Below, one piece after another: positions 1-11,749 of a stretch of DNA of 64,000 bases. The position numbers and the translations under genes were made by a program. The notes beneath the pieces are model-generated. The model was not told where the DNA came from. It did not search any database and was given only the letters and a program-made list of their open reading frames with translations. The DNA is from Octopus sinensis (Eukaryota): assembly GCF_006345805.1 (NCBI RefSeq), contig NC_043011.1, positions 32,190,464-32,254,463 of the forward strand, read 5' to 3'. The first letter of the stretch is position 1; each line of letters opens with the position of its first letter.

Positions 1-1195
1 TATATGAAATAAGCACACCCACAGTTTTTACAGGCTGTATAAAAAGAGTACTTAGGCCACCAAGAAGTAGAGTTTATATTTTTACTTTGAAGCTGAAATT
101 TCATAACTTGCAGCTGCTTCCACATTCTTGAATTTCAACTAATAAACATAAGTTTTATTTTTACTTTCAAAGTGTCAGATTCTCTATACACACACACACA
201 CACACACACATACACAGGCGGGCATGTACATGCACTCCTATGTAAACACTTGACCAAGTATATTTCTCAACAAATACATGCATGTATCCATATATTTTTA
301 CACACACACACACACACACATATATATAGATATTATCAATAATTAAGGGTAAAATCAATTAGTTATTAATTAATTTCACCAAGTAGTTTTCAGTATGTAA
401 AAAGACCATTCAAGGTGTATTCAAAATATTACTTTATATAATTGAGGGCTCAGTAAAATAATTTACTTTGCCACATACTGAAATTTTTAGAAATAGCAGC
501 CAAAAAAAATTTTCTTTAGCCATTTCTACTACTTTAAGAAGAATCTCCCTGAAAGTGCTTACTCAAAAATAATTCACGTAGATATGGAGGGAAAACAACA
601 AAATATCACATATATATATAGATAGATAGACAGAAAGACAGATAGATAGATAGATAGATAAACAGACATATGTACATGAATGTATATGCATATTGCATAC
701 TTGCATGCATGAGCATGTGTGTGTGTGTGCACACCCTTATTTATATACATATATGCAACACTTAGTCTACTTGTCTATTCAAAGGAATGTTTTGCAAATA
801 TTTCTGAAGTATCAGTCATCAGATTTAGCAGCAGAATGATGGGAGCAATCTTATATTACCCCCCCCCCCCACACATTTTTCTATTTATATATTTTTGTGC
901 ACAGAAGGCAGTTTTATAACTTTTAATCATTATTTTATTTCGGCTCTTATTCAGCTAACTGACTGGCTAATGTCTTTAAAGATTTCTCCCTCCATTAATG
1001 CAGTTATTTTGGCAGACTCTGTTTCCATGATTAGTTTACAGTGTGGCTTTATACACAAACACACACACACACACATATATAGATATAGATACACACACAC
1101 ACGTTTGTGTATAATAATTATTTGAGGGAATATAAATCCAAACTTACAGGGAAAAAAATTCAATTTAGAAATACTAAATCAAATTTCACACAATA

Positions 1196-1538
1196 TAATA
1201 TATATATATATAAAATTAGAAAAAAAACATCTTTTATCAATTCAAAATGAACAATTAAATTACACCATCTAGAAAATTACATATAATAGAAATATTAAAA
1301 TTAAAATAACAATAAAATATCAATGATTAAGTAAATTGCAAAAAAAAATACGTTATTCTACCAATTATATATGTTTTTATTATTTATTTTGCAATTTACT
1401 TAATCATTGATATTTTATTGTTATTTTAATTTTAATATTTTTATTTATTGTAATTTTCTAGATGGTGTAATTTAATTGTTCATTTTGAATTGATAAAAGG
1501 TGTTTTTTTTCTAATTTTATATATATATATATATATAT
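1196..1538. repeat. AT-rich inverted repeat (about 155-bp arms, about 30-bp spacer)
   Basis: 1196-1350 is the reverse complement of about 1381-1538. Confidence 0.8.
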
Positions 1539-2563
1539 GCTAAGACCTGTTGAGGCAAGTGAAATCGAAATCAGTTTCGATGACTGGCATCCGTGCTAGT
1601 GGAGCGCTAAGAGCACCATCCGACCATGATTGTTGCCAGAGCAGCTGACTGGCTTCCATGCTGGTGGCACGTAAAAAGCACCATTCAAGCATGATCATTA
1701 CCAGTGTCGCCTTACTGGCACTTGTACTGGTGGCATGTGAAAAAACATTCGAGTGAGGACGTTGCCAGTGCCGCTGGACCGGCTCCTGTGCAGGTGGCAC
1801 GTAAAAAACACAATTTGAGCGTGGCCATTGCCAGTACCGCCTGACTGGCCCTCGTACTGGTGGCATGTAAAACCACCCACTACACTCTCGGAGTGGTTGG
1901 TGTTAGGAAGGGTATCCAGTTGTAGAAACTCTGCCAGATCAGATTGGAGCCTGGTGCAGCCATCTGGTTCGCCAGTCCACAGTCAAATCGTCCAACCCAT
2001 GCTAGCATGGAAAGCGGACGTTAAACGATGATGATGATATATATATATAATATATATATATATGCTAAGACCTGTTGAGGCAAGTGAAATCGAAATCAGT
2101 TTCGATGACTGGCATCCGTGCTAGTGGAGCGCTAAGAGCACCATCCGACCATGATTGTTGCCAGAGCAGCTGACTGGCTTCCATGCTGGTGGCACGTAAA
2201 AAGCACCATTCAAGCATGATCATTACCAGTGTCGCCTTACTGGCACTTGTACTGGTGGCATGTGAAAAAACATTCGAGTGAGGACGTTGCCAGTGCCGCT
2301 GGACCGGCTCCTGTGCAGGTGGCACGTAAAAAACACAATTTGAGCGTGGCCATTGCCAGTACCGCCTGACTGGCCCTCGTACTGGTGGCATGTAAAACCA
2401 CCCACTACACTCTCGGAGTGGTTGGTGTTAGGAAGGGTATCCAGTTGTAGAAACTCTGCCAGATCAGATTGGAGCCTGGTGCAGCCATCTGGTTCGCCAG
2501 TCCACAGTCAAATCGTCCAACCCATGCTAGCATGGAAAGCGGACGTTAAACGATGATGATGAT
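1539..2563 (+). repeat. Apparently exact tandem duplication (525-bp period) of an RTE-type 3' tail element bounded by (TA)n
   Basis: Units start at 1539 and 2064; identical ORFs in the track are offset by 525. Confidence 0.92.
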
Positions 2564-5418
2564 ATATATATATATATATATATATATCTTCGATGAAGTA
2601 TTCACAAAAATGGTATTGTTCAAGTAATAAATGTTATTTTATCCAACAGCATTGAAACATGCTGTGTGTTAGCAGGAGTTTAGCCTTGGGTCATTTATGA
2701 TCCATCAAAATTTTAAGCAAAGGCATTCAAGTATTGACTGTGTTATTTTTACTTCCAGTAATTTGCTACACTGGTTTATTGTGTTTTCCTAAAGTGTCTT
2801 GTTTTTTCTTTTGAGACTATTAGCCTGGCTATGTGGTTTAGAAGCTTGCTTTGGAACCATATGATGAAGCGTTCAACTCTACTATGTAGCACCTTGGACA
2901 AATGTCTTCTGCTTTTGCCTTGGGAGCTGATCAATGCCTTGTAATTGGATTTGGTAGATGGAAACTGAATGAAATCTGTTGTGTGTGTGTGTGCTTGAAG
3001 CACAATGTGGAGTATTTGTATCTGTCTGATCCTGTCAAATCACTCAACCCATAATTGCTAAAGCTGTGATTAAAAGGAGATTTATTTGCTATTTCTAACA
3101 TGTTGAGTGATTGCTTAGTGTCTTTCTCTTCTTGCTTGTGTGATGGTGTCCATAGCAACAGATGACTACAGAAAATATTGGAATAGTGGTGAGGGGTTCA
3201 GTGTGAAGTGGTTGACCCTCAAACTCAAGATGACACAGAATTGTGGGAAAATGTCTGTTATTCAGCAACCATCTCTCAGAAAAGTATCTTCTATTTTTTT
3301 CCTTGTTTCAGTCATTGGACTATAGTAATGCTGCTGGGGCACCACCTTGTTGAGTTTCATTCAAACAGACCCTGGTGCTCCGTTGGTTATGATGATAGGG
3401 GTTCTAGTTGATCCAATCAATAGAACAGCTTGCTTGTGAAATTGACATGCAAGTGGCCGAGCACTCCACAGACACATGTACCCTTAACATAGATCACATT
3501 CAGCATGACACAGAGTGTGACAAGGCTCTTTGAAATATAGGTACTACTTGTTTTTTTTTTGCCAGCTGAATGAACTGGAGCAACATGAAATAAAGTGTCT
3601 TGCTCACGACCTTACAATTGTAAACTGAACACCCTCACCAATAAGCCACATGCCTTCACCAAACAGACCCTGCCCAGTGCTTATTTTTAAGTTGAATACT
3701 TACTCTCTCAGTCCATTTTGCAAAACTGCTAAGCAGATGTAAACAAACCAATGCTGGTTATCAAGCAGTTGGGGACATACACAAGCACAAAGACACACAC
3801 ACACACACGTGCATGCACACACACACACACACATACATCCATGCATGCACAAATATTTACAATGGGCTTCTACACATTTTCCCATCTACCAAATTCACTC
3901 ACAAAGCGTCGGTCAGTCTGGGGCCATAGTAAGAAACATTTACACAAGGTGCCACGTAGTGAGATTGAACCTGAGGACTGTATGGGTGCAAACTGAAACT
4001 CTTAAAGAGAGCAGTGAGTTTGTATTCCATCACCCAGCCTACTAGAAGGAGCAACTAAATCACATTCAGCTGTCTTAGGAAAGAAGGACACATAGCTCTG
4101 AGTACTGTATGTCTGGTCATGTGAATTGGATGAAATGTGAGGGTCTCAACTGGATTATTTTTGACCATAGATCTGTTCAGTGAGGGATGATCTAAGAGTT
4201 TAACAAGGCGTAGGAGTGGCTGTGTGGTAGGTAGCTCGCTTACAAACTACATGGTTCCGGGTTCAGTCCCACTGCATGGCACCTTGGGCAAGTGTCTTCT
4301 GCTATAGCCTCGGGCCGACCAAAACCTTGTGCATGGATTTGGTAGACGGAAACTGAAAGAAGCCGGTCATATGTGTGTGTATATATATACCTGTAAATGT
4401 GATATGTGATAATTATTCGGTAGCCATGATAAAACTCCGAGTTTCAGATGCCAAGGTAGAAATCCATGCTGCCATCTCTTCAGTTATGCGACCATCAGAA
4501 AAAAATTCTATGAAAAAAAAAAAGAAATTTACAAGTAAATTCCTCTATTTACATAATATCGAGGTCTCTTTCATTCTTTTGTTGTCTTACCATTTTTATC
4601 AATATATATATATATATATATATGTGTGTGTATATGTTTGTGTGTCTGTGTCTGCCCCCCACCCCAACATCGCTTGGCAACCGATACTAGTGTGTTTATG
4701 TCCCCATAACTTACCGGTTCCGCAAAAGAGACTGATAGAATAAGTACTAGGCTTACAAAGAATAAGTCCTGGGGTTTGATGTGCTCGACTAAAGGCGGTG
4801 CTCCAGCATGGCCACAGTCAAATGAGTGAAACAAGTAAAAGAGTAATGAACACTAAAACAATGTTGATTGTCATCCAAGAAAGGAATCCTCTAATAATCT
4901 GCTCTGTTTTGATAAATGTCAACATCCTACGTTATCACAGCAGTTGATGATAGGAGTGAGCCTCTGATGTCAGAGGAATTTCCTAAATCTTATTCAGGAA
5001 ACAGAAGAGTTTCTTAATTAAGTTCATACAGGAACATGCATGGCTGTGTGGTTAAAAGGTTTGCTTTCTTGTCCTGTGGTTTTTAGGTTCAGTCTCACTG
5101 ACTGGCACTTTGAGCAAGTGTTTTTTTTTTTACTTAAACTCTAGCCTGATAAAAGCTTTGTGTGTGGATTTGGTTAATGGAAACTAAAAGAAGCCCACTG
5201 TGCATGTGTGTGTGTGTGTGAATGCTTGTGTCTCTTCATTAATCTGCTGGGTTACTCTATGCTTTTGTAAAGTACAAATCTATTATAAACAAGAATATTA
5301 TTGCCAGTGACTACAAATTTTCAGCCCGTTGTGTCATCATCCAATTATGGCATAGCTAAAATTTGTAAGTCACTGTCAATAATATTCATGTTTAAGAATA
5401 ATATATATATATATATAT

Positions 5419-5764
5419 ATACTAAGCAATAAAGGGTTTAGCAACGAATTGCCTTACCACATACCGAATTTAGAATAGCAGTCAAAGAGTTATAGCTATT
5501 TCTTCTACTAAAAAGGGAGATCTCAGTAAAAACAGCAATTGCTGTTTTTACTGAGATCTCCCTTTTTAGTAGAAGAAATAGCTATAACTCTTTGACTGCT
5601 ATTTCTAAATTCGGTATGTGGTAAGGCAATTCGTTGCTAAACCCTTTATTGCTTAGTATTACTTAAATTTTCCTCGAATGAGGCTTTTACATGCCGAAGA
5701 CTACTTGGTGTAATTGATAATTATTCCAAATTAATTAATTTCACCCTTCATTATTACGGATAAC

Positions 5765-5798
<34 letters not shown>

Positions 5799-5960
5799 CT
5801 TTATAAAAATAGGGTAAAGTAAAATAATTTACTTTACCACATACCGAGCTTTTTAGAAATAGCAGCCAAAAATTTGGCTATTTCTTCTACTGCAAGAAAA
5901 GTCTCCCAGACAATGCATACTCAGAAATAACTCACATAGGTATAAGGGAAAACCAACGAA
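5419..5960. mobile_element. Penelope-like terminal-repeat remnant with a near-perfect spacerless 240-bp palindrome (5419-5659); related pieces at about 344-600, 46350-46460 and 48970-49310
   Basis: Arms mirror around cagcaa|ttgctg (centre 5538/5539) with one 1-nt indel. The Penelope assignment is inferred from the inverted architecture. Confidence 0.55.
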
Positions 5961-6123
5961 AGATCACATCCATAGGTGCAGGAGTGGCTGTGTGGTAAGT
6001 AGCTTGCTTAGCAACCACATGGTTCCGATTTCAATTCCACTGCGTGGCACCTTGGGCAAGTGTTTTCTACTATAGCCTCGGGCTGAGTGGATTTCGTAGA
6101 CGGAAACTGAAAGAAGCCTGTCG

Positions 6124-6163
<40 letters not shown>

Positions 6164-6814
6164 ATATAAATGTGTGTGTCTGTGTTTGTCCCCCCACCAT
6201 CGCTTGACAACTGATGTTGGTATGTTCACATCCCAGTAACTTAGCAGTTCAGTAAAAGAGACCAATAGAATAAGTACTAGGCTTACAAAGGATAAGTACT
6301 GGGGTTGATTTGTTCGACTAAAGGCAGTGCTCCAGCATGGCCGCAGTCAAATGACTGAAACAAATAAAAGAATATATCAGTAACTCACAAATCCGAAAGA
6401 GAAGTACACTCTCTCTATGTTATAGAACAGTAGAGTATTTAGAGGATGTCACTTATGGCCAGTTCATCAGGTTGCTCTGGGTCTGACAAGACATGTGTAA
6501 AGCCAAGTACTTTATGGACACAAAGTCCTGGGTAGCCCTATGAACCAGTCGTAAATAACATTCTCTAAATACTTGAAATGTGGATGTAGATAAACAGCCG
6601 ACAACTGATGAAGGGTCGTTCTGTATGTTACTTGTCTTGTATTCCATTCGTTTCTCTTGTTTGCAAAAAAAAGTTTTGTCTTCGTATTTCATGTTGTTTT
6701 TCGGATTTCATGTTTCTGTATTTCATGTTGTTTACGTTTTGTAACGTCATGTACCCATATATGCATATATATATGTCAGTATGTACACATTACACATATG
6801 TATGTATATATGCC

Positions 6815-6882
<68 letters not shown>

Positions 6883-7290
6883 CTTTTATTTATATCATTA
6901 TATGATTTCCAAGTACGCACACACACACACACACATGTAAGTATGTATGTATATGTTTGTGTCTTCTTGTTTTGACATCACACGGTAGTGGTAAAATGGT
7001 TGGCACTGCATTACAAGCAGTGGCATTTTGGCTGTTGAAAATCTGCCTCAATAAACTAGATCTGGCTAGTTTGAAGATAAAATAGGCAGAATATTTGGGC
7101 TAGACATGGTCAGTTGAAATTCTAATGGGTTAAACTGACTGACAAATGCAGAAGGGAGATTTTGAACTGGAGATCTCTGCTGCTGTTATCCAGAATATAA
7201 CATGTACACAGATATCAACTTTTCAGTGTGAATTTGAATAAAAGGTGTAGTTTTGACAAACAGCAGATAGACTAGAGACATAAGGTTTAA

Positions 7291-7511
7291 CCCTTTCGTT
7301 ACTGTATTCATTTTGAGATGCTCTGTGTTTCTTCCAATTATTTTAAATATAACAAAGAATTTAGTAAAATAACACTGTTATTATTGAGCTAGTGTTAGGA
7401 ACATAAATTGTGACTAAGATTTGGTGGAAGATTTGAATTCAAAACTTATGAAAACAAGACATTTATTCTAAAGAGCCAGACCCGGTTTCAGCCAGGTTGG
7501 TAATGAAAGGG
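7291..7511. mobile_element. piggyBac-like MITE
   Basis: TTAA|CCCTTTCG...TGAAAGGG|TTAA (TTAA at 7287-7290 and 7512-7515). Confidence 0.8.
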
Positions 7512-7989
7512 TTAAGTGATTTGTATATTAATGAGGAACAAACAGAATGTGTAGCTTGTTGCTGACTTTAACTACCACAGTTTTCCTTGAATTCACTTGT
7601 TCTTTCCTGTTAGTAAGAGATGATAGATTGTAACTTGATTAAATTTACTACCCTTAGCATGAACTAGACACTCAGTGAAGAATGAATATTTGTTTTCTAA
7701 GCTTGGTAGCTTCAAGGTCAAGTTGCAGTGTTTTCTAGTTGAATTGTGCATGTGTATGAAATTGAATGCTTTATTCAGCATAGAACACCATGTAACACTG
7801 TAACACATTGATATAGATAACACACACGTGGCTAAATGCTTACAACAAAACTAAGCAAAGCTTGTCATTCTTCACACACAATTTTCTCAATTCTCATAAG
7901 ATGCACATAATGTTTATCAATTAAGTACTAAAGAAAGATCTGATCTTTCTTTTACAATGGAATAATTAATTCAGTCCATTGTTTGGGCC

Positions 7990-8770
7990 AGTTTATGAAT
8001 AATTACATATTTTCCTTATTTCTTTTTGATTTATGCACAAAAACTTCATGAATTCAATCTATAAAATGATGCAAGTGATTGGTGTCTTTTATATTGATGG
8101 TTCACAAAGAAATCTGAAATGTGTTCTGCTTCATAATGGAAATGCATTGGCTTTGGTTCCAATTGTTCACTCTACAAAACTAACAGAGAAATATGGAGTC
8201 ATGAAAGAGCCATGCTAAAGAAAATTAAGTATTTCAGTTAACTGTGGGTGACATGCATGGACTTTCAGATGGTAAATTTTCTCTGGGGCAACAAAGTGGA
8301 TACACCAAATACCCATGTTTTTTTTATGCATGTGAACCAGCAGGGTCAGGGAAAAAAATTTAGTGATCAAAGAATGGTCACAGGGTCTTTCAATGTGGTT
8401 AAAAAACCCTTAGTTCAACTGAGAAAAATCATCCCACCACTACTTCATATCAAACTTGACATTATGAACAATTTGTTAAAGTTCTGGATAAAGACTGACC
8501 ATGTTTTCAGTATGAGGGAATGCTGAAAAGTTCCAGGCTTTCAGGGTATTGCGAAAGGCCTGGTTGGAGGCCCAACCTTCTGAGTTCTTTTACAGGGCTT
8601 AGAAAAACTGAAGGACTACTGCAATAAGTGTGTGAATCTGAGAGGGGAATATGTTGAGTAAAATCATAACTGATCCTCCTGTATTTTCTTTTACCCAAAG
8701 CCAGGAACTTTTCAGCATCCCCTCATATATCTGGAGCACATTTCTTGGTCTAAACCATGTGTTCAATTCA
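7990..8770 (+). mobile_element. Degenerate DNA-transposase fragment, probably CMC/Chapaev-3 type, interrupted by a mariner MITE
   Basis: Frameshifted translation FIDGSQRNLKCVLLHNGN..PIVHSTKL...GQQSGYTKYPCF...PPLLHIKL; family name assigned from recalled motifs. Confidence 0.7.
8511..8727 (+). mobile_element. Mariner-derived MITE; further copies at about 44722-44934 (-) and 49332-49553 (+)
   Basis: TIRs tatgagggaatgctgaaaagttccaggcttt / aaagccaggaacttttcagcatcccctcata with TA ends; internal remnant [21 protein letters not shown] of the transposase C-terminus. Confidence 0.85.
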
Positions 8771-10827
8771 CAAATCCAAACAATTAACAGGATGCTGGAA
8801 TTATCCTGGTACCTTCAGAATGAGCTGGCAGAAACATTAGCACGCCGGTCAAAATGCTTAGCGGTATTTCGTCTGCTGTTTCGTTCTGAGTTCAAATTCT
8901 GCTGAGGTCGACTTTGCTTTTCATCCTTTTGGGGTCGATAAATTAAGTACCAGTTATGTTGCACTGGGGTCAATGTAATCGACTTAATCCCTTTGTCTGT
9001 CCTTGTTTGTCCCCTCTATATTCAGCCCCTTGTGGGCAATAAAGAAATAAGAATAGGCTCATCAATTATATGGGGTTCCACTTCATTGGGTACTAATGAA
9101 GAACAAACAGAATGTGTAGTTTGCTACTGACATAGACTATCATTGATTTCTTTGAATTCTATTTTTTCTTCCTGTTAGTAAGAGTCGATAGATGTGAAAC
9201 CAACACCATTATTTTCTTTGGTCAGGTGGTTATTTTTGAGATAATTGTTGTAGTTCCAGTTTTAGTGAGAAAATTGTGTTGCATAATAGACGCGGTACTT
9301 TCTTTGATGTCAGAGTAGTAAACATTAGCTAATGAGAAGCTTCACATCACTGATGGAAGGATCTGTTCAATTTATTTGAATGTGACAGTTCAGTAGAAGT
9401 AATCTGGATCCACACAGCCACAGAAATGCTGAAGTCTCTGTGGTGGAACATAAAGGATAAGCCATAAGTTTCTCTTCATCATCATTTAATGGGTTGGATG
9501 GTTTGGAAGGATCTGATGGGCCCAAGGACTGCATCATGCTTCAATGCCTGCTTTGGCATGGTTTCTAATGGCTGGATGCCCTTCCTAACATCAACTACTT
9601 TACATGTGTGTTCTGGCTGCTAGGGAGGTTGTCATGCAGTTTGCAAGACTAGGAACCATTTGGAAGCAATTTTATATGAAGAGATGATGGGGTGGGGGTA
9701 GATGTATGAGAAGAGCTAGAGCAGAAAAAGTTTCCTGCTGTAGAAGAGAGGGTAGGAGTGACTGAGTGAAGCCAGAGAGTGATGAGGGGGTTACAATTCT
9801 TCACAGGAATGGCTGTGTGGTAAGTAGCTTGCTTACCAACCATATGGTTCTGGGTTCAGTCCCACTGCATGGCACCTTGGGCAAGTGTCTTCTACTATAG
9901 CCTCGGACCAACCAAAGCCTTGTGAGTGTATTTTGTAGATGGAAACTGAAAGAAGCCCATCGTATATATGTGTGTGTGTTTGTGTATCTGTGTTTGTCCC
10001 CCCAACATCGCTTGACAACCGAAGCTGGTGTGTTTACGTACCCATAACTTAACAGTACCTATAACTTTATGTACCCATAACTTTTGCCTCTTTTGTTATA
10101 GGAAATAAAGTTGTCATACTCAGGATGAAACTTGTTAGAATAATCATATATCCACTAAATTTAATGGAAAAAAAAAGGCCAAGATTTCTATGAAGTGATT
10201 TGATATTCCAAGGAATAGGTAACTTACAGTCATAAGAACCATTCAGAATCTGGATGTATCTCTCCATTTTCAGTTACATAACCAAAGATGTTCAGTCTTT
10301 TAGTTGAAAATATACATTTACTCTTGTAACAAATATTCTTACTTTTAGCAGCCATAAGGAATTAGCACTGTGATCTTTTCATGTCTTACTGCAAATAGTA
10401 ACATTTTTCAACTAAGCAAAAATTCCAGCTGGCTTTTTTTAATTTTAATTTTTTTTTTATACTTAATAATTGATTCCATGACATGCTGAAAACCTCAGAG
10501 TAGCTGCTTCACAAGTTACTCTGAAGGGAACTGAAGTAGAAAACTAACCAGCAAAGTGGTGATTTCTAAGTTTGTAGGATACTGTAGAAACAATTATTGA
10601 AGGAGAAATGTAGTATGCATTTCTGTATACAATTGCCAGTCATTCATTGATACATAAACAAGAGACTAACTATGGACAACGGCTCCAAGACCTTTGGCTT
10701 CTGATTTCACATTTATACCAATAATAATTGGTGCACTTGATTTTGTGTGTAAATGTCTATGTGACAATATGGAAAAGCTGGGATTTTCAGAAAAAGAAAT
10801 CAACTAGCTTAGCATGTACATTATAAA

Positions 10828-11710
10828 TATGAGGTGATATCAAAAAATTCCCTAACTACTTCTGTAGTGCACCAAAAGATGGCAGCACATGGTTGCGTGT
10901 GCAGTGAGAGCTAGCATTGACCTTCATGGTGTTGTGTGCCAAGTTATATCACTGTGTTTACTTTACAAGTTGTGAAATTTGTGTTTTCGTGATCGCATGT
11001 ATGCTGTAGTCTGCGATTTTTGTCATGGACAGGAAGTTGGAACAAAGAGCCAATGTGAAATTTTGCATTAAACTTGAGAAGCCTGCTGCAGAGCCATTGA
11101 GCATGCTTCAGCAAGCTTACAGCAACAAGGTAATGGGTCATATGCAATATTTTGAGTGGCACAGGTGCTTCAATAACAAAACAGAACATCCCTGGAAGAC
11201 AATGAGTGATCTGGAAGACCTGCCATGAGCATCACCCCTGGAAGTGTGGAGAAAATTCATTTAGGAATGGCTGTGTGGTAAGTAGCTTGCTTATGAACAA
11301 CATGTTTCCGGGTTCAGTCCCACTGCATGGCACCTTGAGTAAGTGTCTTCTACTATAGCCTCAGGCAGACCAAAGCCTTGTGAGTGGATTTGGTAGACAG
11401 AAACTGAAAGAAGCCTGTCGTATATATGTATATATATATGTATGTGTGTGTATATGTTTGTGTGTCTGCATTTGTCCCCCCAACATCGCCTGACAACTGA
11501 TGGTGTGTTTATGCCCCTTAGCGATTCGGCAAAAGAGACCAATAGAATAAGTACTAGGCTTACAAAGAATAAGTCCTGGGGTCAATTTGCTCGACTAAAG
11601 GCAATGATCCCGCATGGCCACAGTCACATGACTGAAACAAGTAAAAGAGTAAATAAGCTATTTTTTTATTAAACATAACTAGTCCTGGAACTTTTTGATA
11701 CCACTTCGTA
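10828..11710 (+). mobile_element. Internally deleted mariner element (N-terminal HTH remnant) with a SINE inserted at about 11263-11655
   Basis: TIRs tatgaggtgatatcaaaaaattcc / ggaactttttgataccacttcgta; ORF 11025..11228 MDRKLEQRANVKFCIKLEK...QQAY...FEWHRCF. Confidence 0.85.
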
Positions 11711-11749
11711 TAATCTGTCAGTGGAATGCTAAAAATGTCCAAGACTTTT

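Noticed and set aside
3140-3411. Plus-strand ORFs (..VDPQTQDDTELWENVC..) as an exon of a second gene
   Set aside because: Weak splice sites, no family similarity recognised, and the ORF runs into SINE sequence.
4945-5000. TGATGA...CTGA with palindrome cctctgatgtcagagg as a C/D snoRNA
   Set aside because: Box spacing is too short, there is no terminal stem, and no recognisable rRNA guide.
5672-5720. ctcgaatga-ggc..gcc-gaag-acta hairpin (and a related copy at about 380-420) as a hammerhead
   Set aside because: The core does not fit N-U-G-A-N-N-A with 3-8 pairing, and no stem I could be formed.
167-7000. Numerous Ile/Tyr, Cys/Val or His/Thr-rich ORFs (also throughout the window)
   Set aside because: They are translations of (TA)n, (TG)n and (CA)n microsatellites and SINE bodies.
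10067-10267. Minus-strand 66-aa ORF MERYIQILNGSYDCKLPIPW..
   Set aside because: No homology recognised and no convincing acceptor.
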